64,000 nt of DNA from Rhodosorus marinus CCMP1338 (Eukaryota; Plantae; Rhodophyta). Of this stretch, positions 13,237-26,578 are shown one piece after another. The stretch lies in contig JAMWBK010000007.1 of assembly GCA_029953675.1 (NCBI GenBank), positions 496,001 to 560,000 on the forward strand, in the 5' to 3' direction. Within the stretch, counting starts at the first letter, position 1. Every line of letters starts with the position of its first letter. The notes beneath the pieces were generated by a model, which did not search any database, had not been told where the DNA came from, and was given only the letters and a program-made list of their open reading frames with translations. The translations under genes were made by a program, and so were the position numbers.

Positions 13237-13287
13237 ACCTCCCCCTCTTCATGACGTAGGACTCCTGCGTCATGAAGAGAGGGAGGT
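13237..13287. repeat. Near-perfect inverted repeat or hairpin (24-bp arms, 3-nt loop)
   Basis: ACCTCCCCCTCTTCATGACGTAGG-ACT-CCTGCGTCATGAAGAGAGGGAGGT pairs at 22 of 24 positions, with one further G.T wobble. Confidence 0.85.
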
Positions 13288-13833
13288 CCTACTAGGACTT
13301 CTCGATCCGATTATTCTATTAAAAAAAAAAAACCTCACTAAAAAAAAAACCGGGTTTTTTAGAATGTTGCTATGAATACCCTTTTTTTCTATTGCTTTTT
13401 TAAGTTTTGAGTGAGGTATGTTGACTGAGACTGTTTTTTTGTTTTATTTTGGGGGGTAATTTTCTGCTGTGAGAGTTGTTAGATTGGGAAACTGGATTTT
13501 ATTTTTTTTGCAGATGTCGATCTTTTTGGGGGTGTAAAGAGAAATGGAAGACAACGTCGGGTTTGAGGGTTTTGACGAGATGGGATGGGGGTGGGGGGTA
13601 GGGGGAGGGAAGGTTTGGGTTGGGTTAGGGGTTGGGGATGGGGAGGAGGAACTAGGAAAGGATGAAGTTAACTGTTTAACTATTAGGAAGGGTGAAGGGC
13701 CCCATAGTACTGAGGGATTGAGTTTGAGGCGGGGGGGGGGGCGGCTGGAGGTGGGTCTGGTTTTGATGTGGGGCTGGGTGTGGAGAGGTTTTGGTAGGAT
13801 TTTGGATGTGTTTTGGGGGGAATGGGAGAGTCT

Positions 13834-15748
13834 ATGATGGCGTTTACGGGGGTTGGAGTTGTGAGCAGTAATGGATTTGATTCGCGAGCAGCGTCGTGTA
13901 CTCGACGGCGGGCTTCGAGGACGACGGTCAGAATGGCTGAGGAACTTGGAGATTCGACTGATAAGCCTGGGCCGTTGTCGACGATGGAATGGGCAAAGGT
14001 CTGGTTTGATAATATTAGGCAGACATATGTTCTGAAAACGGAGGATGAGTACGCGCCACAGGCGTCAGGAGACATTGCTGAGCTGCAAGGTGCATTTCCG
14101 TTCACCTTGTACAAATACTTTGCGAAGTTAGGTGCAGTGTACACCTTGGCGTTTGGACCAAAGAAGTTCTATGTCGTCTCGGATCCAGTTGTTGCGAAGC
14201 ATATCCTGCGGAGGAAGTCCCTTCTCTACGATAAAGGGATGCTGGCGGATATTCTTGAAGGAATTATGGGAAAGGGACTGATTCCTGCTGACTTTGAAAC
14301 TTGGAAGAAACGAAGACGAGCTATCGTCCCTGGTTTCCATGAGGCTTTTCTGAATCGCATGATAAGGACTTTCTCCGATTGTACGACGCGTATGAAGTCA
14401 CGAATCAACGGAGAGATAGATCGTGGAAAGGGAGGTGTTGTATTGGATTTGGAGGCGGAGTATTGCTCTCTGGCGCTAGATATAATTGGAATTGCGGTAT
14501 TTAATTACGACTTTAACTCGGTAACATCAATGAACCCCATCATCAAGGCGGTGTATCGCATGCTACAAGAAGCAGAATGGCGGTCCAAGTTTCTCATCCC
14601 AATCTGGAATGTGGAACCGCTCAACTGGGTAGTTCCGAGGCTCAGAGCTTTTCGTGAGGACCAGAAGCTCCTCAACGATACCCTCGACGGCCTTATTGAA
14701 CAGGCAGTATCCTCCAAGAGTTCTGAGGATCTTGAGCAGCTTGTTCAGAGAGACTATGACAACGTGAACGATCCATCGCTGTTGCGATACTTGGTGGATC
14801 TTCGTGGAGAAGAGGCAACGTGTACGCAACTGCGGGACGATCTTATGACCATGTTGATCGCTGGGCACGAGACCACCGCGTCGTTGTTAACCTGGGCTAC
14901 GTACTTGATTTTGCAGAGGCCGGATCTCCTCGAAAGAGTTCGCGAAGAGGTTGACGAAGTCTTGGGCGATTCCGACGCTCCGACTTGGGCTCAACTGAAG
15001 CAACTGGAGTTGGTGCCACGGATCCTGGCGGAGGCCCTACGACTCTACCCTCAGCCTCCTCTGCTTATTCGGCGAGCGCTGGCAGAGGATACTTGGCCGC
15101 AGGTAAGGACAGCATACATAGCCGAGGTGGAAGCTCCTAATCTAGAGACCCTTACGTTCGGTTTCCCTTGTTTTGTCCATTTCTCAGGGGGGCGGGAGCG
15201 GACGGGTGAGCGTGAAACGAGGCTCGGATATCTTTATTAGTGTGTGGAACCTACACCGATCTCCGGATCTTTGGGAGAATCCTCTTGAGTTCGACCCGGA
15301 TAGATGGACAAGACCATATTCGAATCCCGCTGTGAAAGGTTGGTCAGGGCTGGACCCTGCCCGGGCAAACGGTCTCTTCCCCAACGAGGTGGCTGCCGAC
15401 TTTGCATTTCTCCCGTTCGGAGGGGGATCGCGGAAGTGTGTTGGCGACCAGTTTGCGATGCTTGAGTCCATAGTTGCTTTTGCAGTTGCGATGAGAGACT
15501 TTGATATGGTCCTCCTTGACGATCCCGAGCAGATAGAAAGAGAACTTGTAACTGGTGCAACAATTCACACCAAGGATGGACTTCGCGTTAGGGTCAGCCC
15601 CAGAAGGAAGGGCGACGATCGAGCCCACGACAAAACTGACTTGTCTCACGACGATACTGACTCGAAGCCGAAGCAGAGATCGGCCTTGGAGAACACGGTT
15701 ATGGAGCCCTCAACGCTCGCCTCTGTACCGTCTAACTCTTCAAGCTAA
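13834..15748 (+). CDS. CYP97B: Plastid cytochrome P450 of the CYP97 (CYP97B-like) carotenoid hydroxylase family, 2 exons
   Basis: The transit peptide begins MMAFTGV. YDKGMLADILEGIMGKGLIPAD is typical of CYP97B. Also present are the I-helix AGHETT, ExxR (EALR), FDPDRW and the heme ligand FGGGSRKCVGD. The intron lies at about 15103-15188. Confidence 0.93.
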
Positions 15749-16935
15749 GAAAATAGAATAGGGGAAGGGAATAGAATGATAGTATCATAGTAGTTTCAAT
15801 TTTGCTGACACCGCACCGTATAGGCTAGGATTCTGTTGTTAAGGACAATCCTTAAGCAGTGTGCCACAGAACGTGTCCTAAGGCTTCTGGTGATCTTTTT
15901 TTTGGTGCGGAGGATGTTGGTGAGTTGTTTACTTTTTTTCTGGGGTGAACGCTCATGCTTGTATTCGAACCCATTCATGCGCAGCTTAGAAATACAGAAG
16001 TTTGCAGGTTGATTGAAGTAAACAGTCTAGAGATGACAACTCAAACTTTGGGACGCTCGATTCTGGGCGTGACTACTTCACCCGAGGACTTATTTGACGC
16101 TGAGGTCTTTCTGACAGAGTTTCTGCGGGACCGTCCAGTCACGGCGTGCTTTGCCTGACAGCCAATAATCGTCTGGTATCAACATCCGCAAGCTTATTGG
16201 AATACCAGTTTCAGAGCAGCAACAGACTAGCATAAAGGTTGTTGTCTGCAGATCGGGTTTGCTCAAACTACAGCTACAGGCTATCGTCAGAGGAGTAGTG
16301 TGTGCTCGATACCCACCATCACTACGTTTGTGACCAGTCCACTCTCAACATGGTGGGCATCGCGCGGTAGTGACTCTTGCATGCCCGATTCCACGCTCAA
16401 AACGCCGGGTGCATCCATCCTATCCTTTAGTCACGCCAGATCACTCGTCGTAGAGCCGATCAAAGGACGCTTGCATTCCTCCTAGGCTGAGGAACAACGA
16501 TGGCAAGGCTCGACTCTCCATAACGCTACTCGTCAACCTCGGGACACCTTGGTCACCCTCATCATGACCGGAAGGGGAGGGGTGGGTGGGGGGTGGATAT
16601 CACGCAATACGAGGTGAACATCAGAACCTACAACGAAATCTTAATGAAGAACGAACGTTGATTTCGGTTGCGCTCCACCAACTCCCAGCCAGCTCTCTCC
16701 TTAACACTCTTAGACGAAGGTTAAAAAAGGCACGACTTGAAAAAGTAAAAGTCAGCATAAAATAAATAAAAATAGGCGACTTTTTCAATTTGTTTTGTGG
16801 CAAAAAATGTCTTTTTGGTGGACAACGGTGGAGAAGCCAAGGAATTGATTCGGTTTTTGGGAGGGTGGATAAGAAGTGCGTTGAGAAAGTTCTGGTAGAT
16901 ACATTTATGGCGTAGACTATAAAAATCTAGGGAAG

Positions 16936-17635
16936 ATGGATTTTTCTAAGAGTTCTGTGGCTGAAATACAGAATCAGGTGAGTGCATTGACGGGGCAACT
17001 GTCTGAGCTTGAGCAGTTGAGCGAATCTGATCCTGAAAATGCTGAGCATAAAGCGTTGGTTGCAGAGGTCCGGGAGTTCATCAGCTCTCTTAAGGATTTA
17101 ATTTCGGAGAAGAAGAAGGCTGAGGCTGAAAAGGAGAAGGAAGCTGCTGTTGCAAGCGCTGCACCGGCCTCGGGGCGGTTGGAGGAAGGCAAGTCACTGG
17201 GAGCGGAGTCAAACGCGTCGAACCCCGTACCGGTCGCCCAAACAGTGAAGAAGAAAAAGAAAAAGAAGGCGAAGAAGGAAGATGATCTCGCAAAGCGTGC
17301 ACAGAGTTGGCAAAAGTTCAGCTCTAAATCGAGCAAGAAGAAGAGCATTTTCGCTTCACCGGAAGAGGGAAGCTCCGGCAGAGTTGGATTTCACTCGTAA
17401 GCGCCACAAAACCCTGGCTCGTAGCCCTCCACTAGTCCGAACAACGCCAACCCTTGTATATCGCATTCGGAACCTCCTCCGGCTGTCCCGTCTGGAAGCC
17501 CAGCTGGATGTGAGCAGGAATTATATTTAACGAGATGTCACTTAACCTAAGTTTGTTTCCTGCTCCATGAACAGGTCTTCCAATACGATGACGGAATTCG
17601 CCGACCGGAAGCGACACGACTTCACAGAAGAGTAG
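16936..17635 (+). CDS. SMNDC1: SPF30/SMNDC1-like splicing factor apparently lacking the Tudor domain, 2 exons
   Basis: The N-terminal coiled coil reads QLSELEQLSESDPENAEHKALVAEVREFI, followed by a poly-K NLS and SWQKFSSKSSKKKSIFASPEEGSSGRVG. After intron 17397-17574 the protein ends SSNTMTEFADRKRHDFTEE*. These match the SPF30 N- and C-terminal motifs. Confidence 0.75.
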
Positions 17636-18309
17636 TGCTTCGATGTCCGGACTTGCAAACTGACTTCACGATACCTACCTGAGCAACGTCGCTTGTTTGA
17701 TCTTGTCCATCAGCGTTAAGTACCTGTCTCCAGTCTGTTTGAATATTCATGAAGTGGCTGGTTAACGAGCTGAGTAACTATGTACAAAGCCACATAAGGC
17801 AACAGGCGCGTCTGGCAGTTCGCTTTCCGATTCACTGAAGAGGGCTGGGTCGTCTGTTTCCGTGTCTTGTTGTGGTGCTGTCGATCAGCTATCAAACGGG
17901 CAGGGATATCTTTCGAGTCGTCTTCACTTTGACGAAAACAATTTATTCGACCTGCACGCAGATGAGAGCGAAGAGTCTGGCCATGATCAACTAGAATAAA
18001 AACCACGTTCATTTCTTACAATCCCTTTTCTGCCTCCACATCCACGCCCGAGATCCAACAATTGTTTTATCCTCTTTGTGCCCCAGAAACTGATGCCAAG
18101 GGTACTTCAGCATGGCGAGGCCTCGGTCATCTGTGAGCAAAACTTCCGTGACCGCCCTGGAGGACTTTTTAACTATATTACATGCCTCCGATGAGCAGCC
18201 ATGAGGGATACACGGAGTTTTCATCGCCGTAGACGGCAGGCGCCAAAGTGGACTATCGGTGCAGTTTTCGAACAATCTCCTAGGCTTCTGGAGTGGGAAG
18301 CAGCACGGC

Positions 18310-20952
18310 CTACACGTGGATGACGCTAACTCTCCGAACTCGATCTGTTGAATTGTTGAGGTCCACCACGATCTCGGCATACGTCCCGCTCCTATCATAC
18401 TTGCAAATGGAGCCCGGATTTACGCACACGACGTTTCGGTGAACTTTTTTCGCAAAGTTCTTAAGCCGCGAGGGCACAATCATGATGTCAAGGTCCTGCT
18501 CCGCCGGGAACTCAAGTCTGTCAACGTCGGCGCGGGAGAAATCAGAAAAACACAATTGCATTATCCGATCTTCCACCTCGGGGTGAGCAAGTTTCAGATC
18601 TACTGTTTATGAATTCATGACTATCCGAGCTATCTTACCTTTGCAAACCGTGCGTGTCAATTGGAACGTTCGCGGATGGCGGATAAAGAGGGTAGAAACT
18701 CCTTTGTTTCACTAGCGCTGTACATAGAGCACTAATTCTATCCTCCACTGGCCCCAGGATCATGCACTCCGCGCTGAGATCTTCCAGAATGGATAGTGAG
18801 GTCAAGCCGATGTTCACGCCCCTCCCTGCCCCGACATTGATGAAGCTGGGATTGGTTAAAAGCTCAATGTTGCCCATCGCCGTAGAATATCCAAGATCAC
18901 CGGCTGTGCATTGACCAGAGGAGCTTCAGTGGTCCAGTTTCGTGCTCAAAAGCAAAAGAAGCACCAAAGTTTCGGGAGAAATGCCGGCTGTCTGTGCAGT
19001 TCTTACCATTGGACAGATCCAAAGGCGGTTGAGGAACGACGAAATCCGAAAACGAATCGTCAAGGTGAGGCACGAGGAAGCACTTTGCAGAGACCCCATC
19101 ATCTGCAAGCGACTCAAGGCATTCCCTGACCTTGGGTAAAAAAACTTCCGTAAACAGCTCCTCGGGTAGTATCTTCGCTTTCACTTTGTCCAGGGCGGGT
19201 GATTTTGCCTCCGGAATAAAGGGCCCGATGAGCACCACGACAGCTGGCTTTGCTATCCGGACTTGAGCTAGCAAGTCATCGAGTGGTTTGAAAGCTACAG
19301 ACTCGGTCGTGGTGAACGGCCCCGTTGCAACCACAGTTTTTACGAGGCCAGAACCTAATAGTAGTGGAGTTCACAGCGACAACGTTAGAACTGCATTGCG
19401 CCTTGAACAATCCAATGTTCAACCGTTGAGGCAGGAGCTTTGGGGAAGGCAGCCCGAACATTCGAACATTCGAACATTCGAACACTCATTTCTACGCTGA
19501 CCCGCAGGGAGTTAATCAGAGGCTCTGCGAAACAGAGCCCCAAAGCATTGATTGTATCCATGGGGTGCCGTATACCTTCACTAGTTTCCATCAAGTCATT
19601 CGGCAGCTCTTTCCCGGGTCCACTCCCAAGCTGATATGTATCATCATGCAGGCCCGAAACTGAAATTTTCCTTCCATCTGCGTTTACTCCTTCCACAGCC
19701 ACAACCATTCCCGGTGCAAGGGCTACCCCAGAACTGACCTGTTCTAGATCCAGCTTTACAATGTTGCCCTCATCGCTCTCAAGTAGCGTGGACTTTGCGT
19801 TAATCCTGTTCCGGGGTTGAACGCCATCAGTATTCGACCCCCGTTCCAGCTCGATACGGATTCGGCCAACCTGGAAACAGCGCGATGAGGACGAAAGGCG
19901 GGCAGGCCGGAGGCCATTAGACCTCGATCACGATGACGACGTGTCTCGACAAGGCGCACACGGAAGTGGTCATACTCACAGCGAGAACAGGGTCAGGGCT
20001 CGCCTGGCAGAAGGCTTCCGGACCCGCCCGTATGTCCTCAATGAGTAAATTTTTAGCTTTCAGATGCCGGTAAAAAGCACTCTCGCATCGGCGAACTCTC
20101 TCACGAGTGTTTTCCAGCATGTCCGGGATCTCGTCAAACATGTACTGTTGGTCATCTCCACGTCCCTCGAGGCTGGACTTCACGATATGAGTTGGAACAA
20201 CTGAATCGTACGTCTCAGCACCACCTGGAGGATCAGAAAACACATGCTCCACCTCAACCTGACCTCGATCAGTCCTTGAGACCCATGTGTCGTCGCTTTC
20301 TCTCCGTTCACCCAGCAGCTTGTGGATCACCGCCGAGCCCCGGTGAATTTCGGCACTTGTTCCGCCTCCGAGATTCCCCCGTGAAGTCTCCGTTTCATTT
20401 TTCTTCTTTGCCATCGAGATCGGAATCTCAGGCACTCCATAGTTTTGCAAGTTAAAAAAGTCATCGGTAGTCATGAACGGTGTATCTTCGGAGGCGAAAT
20501 CCATAGGTTGGACAAGATCCGTACTCTGCTGTTCTCGTTGCTTCCTCTCGCTGAGACTGAGGAGGTGCTGGCGAAACAAGCTCACGTCCACAGACGTTTC
20601 TGAAAATTGTGAAGGAACCGCAAATTTTTATTCCGAATGAGCTGCACGTACACTGCTTCGCTTTTTTGCGGCTGCACCGTACCTGGTGCTCCTGACTTCT
20701 TCTTCTCCAGCGCATAGCTCGTCCACTTATTACAGAACTCCTCGGCTGAAAGTCGCATCATCTGGGCTACTGACAGGCCTACATATTTTACGAACACAAA
20801 TACGAAAAGTGCATCAGAACACAACTCCTCCACTGACTCCCGCCCATATCGGACAGCGAACACTCACATTCCTCCAGAACAGCCACATCCTTGGGGGGTT
20901 CATCACCCAGAGCTCTGAACTCCCCTCGGAGCTCCTCAAAATTTTCCTCCAT
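18310..20952 (-). CDS. POLA2: DNA polymerase alpha/primase subunit B (POLA2/Pol12), multi-exon
   Basis: The N-terminus is MEENFEELRGEFRALG...AEEFCNKWTSYA. The OB region reads VALAPGMVVAVEGVNADG. The phosphoesterase-like domain includes VVATGPFTT, VVVLIGPFI, FLVPHLDD, PSFINV, IVPSRLKNFAK and CVNPG. Confidence 0.92.
19456..19487. repeat. 8-bp tandem repeat (GAACATTC)x4 inside a POLA2 intron
   Basis: The sequence gaacattc gaacattc gaacattc gaacactc lies within predicted intron 19355-19575. Confidence 0.85.
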
Positions 20953-21121
20953 GTAGTTCCAAATCTACAATGAAAGACACAATCCTCCAGCTTATCACCC
21001 CATCTACCCCTCCATCCTCTCCCTGCCCACCCAAGCAGATCATCCATAACCTTCACACCCTTCACCATACACAAGATCATGATTATCCAGTATATCAAAA
21101 ACTTTTTCCTGGCCAAGCGGA

Positions 21122-21307
21122 TTTCCCGCATTGTGCCAATGTTACAGGCCTCTCTCATCAAAACGCAAAGTACCTTAGAAACTTTTTCCTGGACAATCGA
21201 TTTTCTACACTGAACCAATGTTACGGGTGAAGAAACAATTATGAAAATTCAGAATATGTTTTTCTACTAAATTTCGGAAAATTCAGTCTAGGAAATTTGG
21301 CGGGAAA
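21122..21307. promoter_or_regulatory. Two E2F/DP-type sites upstream of POLA2
   Basis: TTTCCCGC at 21122-21129 and TTTGGCGGGAAA at 21296-21307 lie about 170 and 345 bp upstream of the POLA2 ATG. Both fit the WTTSSCSS consensus known for DNA replication genes. Confidence 0.65.
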
Positions 21308-21640
21308 CGGTTGACAGGGCACTCTGTGCGCGATGACAAGTTCAGGGTATCTGAGGTGTTTTGGACACGCGCTCGATTGTGGGCTGGGGGAGCGAGAGAT
21401 GCTTATTGGTGCTATGTATAGCTGGGATGAGGAGTCATTAACCCAACTGTGCAATTTGTTTCGAATTCTCCATAGACTGGATCACACAGTTGATGACAGG
21501 CTCTTATGCGTTCCTTGGGATATTTACTAGACTAACAATCCTGTGGCAACTGACTATCGGAATAGTTTCCAAGTTCTAATTAGAAGGAACTACAGTTTTG
21601 CTAATAGTTCCAGCGAGAGTTTTCCTCCATCAGGGAACGC

Positions 21641-23245
<1,605 letters not shown>

Positions 23246-23684
23246 TCAATATTCAAACAAACCAAACTATACCAAAAAAAAAAAGATAACCACGAAACCC
23301 CACCCACGTCACACACCAAACCTCCCTTTCCGAACCTCTCCCAGTCCACCCCACCTCGTACACAACAAAAACACCACAATTTATATCCATTCCAGCAGAG
23401 CGTCTCCTTTCGAAACCTTTGACAGCAACGGCCCCCCCCCCTCTTGTGAACATTGTAAAAATATTACCAAAACAAGAATCCATCCCCTTTCCCCGCTTCT
23501 CCATGGAGACAAAGATTCAGCTCGCTGCTGGTCCTGGGATATTTCGCGAGAAATTCCAACAAAACCTGTACTTCATTAATTAAAAAAAACTTTTTGGGAC
23601 TGGCACTACTTTCTTCTACTGCAGGATTAGGGGGGTCAGTTGCAAACGGAGATTCGTGCATTTGGAAAAAAAATAGGGGTATTG

Positions 23685-23702
23685 GAAGGCTCCAGAAGAT
23701 CC
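23685..23702. promoter_or_regulatory. Imperfect heat-shock element upstream of polyubiquitin
   Basis: GAAggCTCcaGAAgaTCC has four correctly phased pentamers with two mismatches to GAAnnTTCnnGAAnnTTC, about 445 bp upstream of the ATG. Polyubiquitin genes are classical HSF targets. Confidence 0.4.
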
Positions 23703-25110
23703 AGATTTCATAAATTATGGAAACAATAATGAGGAATAGAGAATTTGTTATGGGGCTGGTTTATTAGGGGGTGTGTGAACAAGAAGTATGGATTTGTCGG
23801 ATGCCTGATTGCGCCCATATCCATACAATATTACGGGTGGAGGGGCGATTTTGCTTTGGCCTTTTCGCCAGACTCAGAATAGGAATCTGATCCTTCTAAA
23901 GATCTATTTAAAGAATTTTTAAGGCTTTTGTACTGTTAATTATAAATAAATCATGTATTGTGGCAATAATTAGAAATATTTTGAACATCTTCTACGCCTT
24001 CGGGCTAGGTGGGAATGCTTCGTACGGGGGAAGGATCGATGAGATTTGTTGTGTGGTAAAAATGGACGTATGAGGAGTTCCTGGGCGTGTAATTACTGTT
24101 TGGAAGGAACACAACAACTGTTTTGTTGTCACGTACCCGCTAGCTTCTGGTGGGGGGAAGATACGTCTTTAGACTTGGTTTCCAGGATGCAGATCGAATT
24201 TGTGTAGGGAATTGGAGATTTTGATTAAGAGCTCTGGAACTGCCCAGTGCATACGTGCAGGTGCGGTCCACGAGGTTGCCGGATGCGTCCTTTGATAAGG
24301 CGACTTGAAACCAGAATTCAAAAGGCCCACCGCCACTGCCAACTGGAGAGGAAAGAGCCTCGAGACGGGTGGAACGGCATTGCCCTGCTACGTGTGTCCA
24401 GCAAGAGTTTGTTTAGTTAAGAAACAGCTGCGACACATAGACAGGAAACTAGCTATTGTAAACCGAGAAAAAGACGAAACTGAGTGAACTTACCAGGAGC
24501 GAAGACCGCTAACGCGTGCTTTCAGACCACAGCAAACGACTGAGTTGTGACGCTAAGTGTGTGAGACCGCGGGCCTCCAGAAAGAGGCAGCTAGCCAACC
24601 ACCCAGTATCCTCGCGGTCCATGAAAAACAGACAGTCAATCCAGACTGTGCTATAGCGGTTGATCCTATGCGCATGGACCCATGAGGCTGTCCGCTTCCT
24701 CTTCCGTGCGGCTGAAGGGGTTTTTCCCCAATACGTCCCGTGGACTCTGTGGATACATTCACGGTCAGTTTGAGAGCACACGGCCCAGAAAGCTTGAAGT
24801 GGAACGGAGCCTCGTTACAGTAGATATACAAAACGTTTCCTCAGCTCTTACACTCCGCTCACCCGCAGCAGGCTTGGTGCTTGGTTAAAACACTTCAGCC
24901 GCAACCTGACTGGAACACGGCAAGCGTCCCAAGTCAAGGAGCTCCGGTTTAATACTAACGGTACTAACCCGTCCTATAACTATTACATAGTCTAGATTTG
25001 GAACAGAAATTGTCTAAATATATTTAAAAAATCAGATATTTACTTTATTCCAGGGCTTTTGTATCCAAGCTAAACACCATCATAAAAATGCCCCCTCCCG
25101 CCACTACTAC

Positions 25111-26578
25111 TAAGGTGGCAATAGGGCCATGGGGCTAGCCCTATGTAGTTTCGTTAGGGCACCGAAATAATAAAAAAAACTCGCCGGGTACCGTACCCCT
25201 CGATTCTGAACCATTTTCGGGCCATAGGGCCATTTTTAATGCTGTTTCATTGCCCTATGTGGTAGATATGTTCTTAATTCGTGCCCTATGCTTGTGTTGT
25301 TTTTGGTTATAAAATTCCCTCTTTTGAGGTACGTTCGTATTATGAATAAAAATCATTGCCCTATCGTTATAATGAATTATTAAATTAAAATTCACGATAC
25401 CACACATAGTCTATAAGACCTATCTGCTTCCGGAGGGAGGAAAGTTTGAGCAGAACTTCAAGGAACACGCTTTTCCTCGGGGTACTTGGGCTCTGAATAA
25501 ACGGATGATGATGAACATTCGACTGCATCCACGATTGCAACTTTGAGGTAGAGTCAATGCGAACCCGGCGAACAACGGTTTCACCAGCTCCCAGAACGGA
25601 GCAGGAAAGGAAGACTTTGAAAACAAATTCTGTACCAGAAGACAGATGCTGATGAGCTCGATACTTCAGCACATCTTGATCCTGATCTCGGACACGATCT
25701 TAGAGGAGAAAGCGAAGAGATACTTAGCACTCCTTCCGCATCCACTTCTCAAAGTTTTGCACGGGCCAAAGCAAGCAATATGGAAATCGGCCAGGTCCTG
25801 AAATAATTCGAGGAATCAAAGGACTGCAGTAGAAAGTCAATGTTCACTAAAAAAAAGCATACTTCTAGTAGGACATCATTGTATATTCAGACAGCAAGCC
25901 TGAGAGCATGAAAACTAAGATAAAAAGTGGGAGTAGAAGAGATGCTCCGCATCTCCTCTATCTTCTTTAAAGGCTTGAACGCGCGGTAAACGGGTGTGGT
26001 AAGCCACAAACCAATAAACACGCCAAGAAAAGGATGCCGCAGGCAGCTTCTCCGGGAAGCTCTCGACCTCAACTCTCCTGGTTACAACCGACCGCAACAA
26101 TGAACGAGTTGAACAAGCACAGTACATCTCAGCTCTCTAAACACGAAGAGTCTCTGCGCTTGATCAACGGGTGCATGATAAATCAATAGCTAAAACGTCA
26201 GGTTCGAAACCGCAGACGGATGTACTTCAACCTCGCCTCCGCCATAGCACGCTTGTTCGACCACATTCAGTGTTCCAACTCCCTTAACCATCCAGCAGAA
26301 GCGTTTTGCAAGCTCGTACCCTATCCCATCGATTTCGCAACTTCTCATCTGCTCCTAGATTTCGCACCGAAGAACACCTTGGCATAGGGCCATAGGGCTT
26401 GACCTGTATAGGGCATGCTATAGGGCATCAAAAGTTGAGCGGGCTGGTTGGAATCGACGATTTGACCAGCAGATAGGGCACGTTTTAGGGCAAAACCGTT
26501 GAAATTAGTAATGCAATATGCATAGGGCAGATAGGGTCGGCCCTATGCTCGCATAGGGCGTGCCCTATTAGCACCTTA
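25111..26578. mobile_element. Non-autonomous TIR DNA transposon, 1468 bp, possibly hAT-derived
   Basis: The left end TAAGGTGGCAATAGGGC and the reverse complement of the right end TAAGGTGCTAATAGGGC match at 15 of 17 positions. CTACTAC flanks both sides directly (25104-25110 and 26579-26585). About 7 left and 10 right subterminal TAGGGC/GCCCTA motifs occur in both orientations. There is no intact transposase ORF. Confidence 0.85.

Noticed and set aside
19456-19487. Canonical heat-shock element
   Set aside because: The 8-bp period (TTC directly followed by GAA) breaks nGAAn pentamer phasing, and the array is intronic.
24485-24497. U1 snRNA 5' end (ACTTACC)
   Set aside because: It lacks ATACTTACCTGG and the downstream U1 structure. 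Such hits are antisense 5' splice-site-like sequences.
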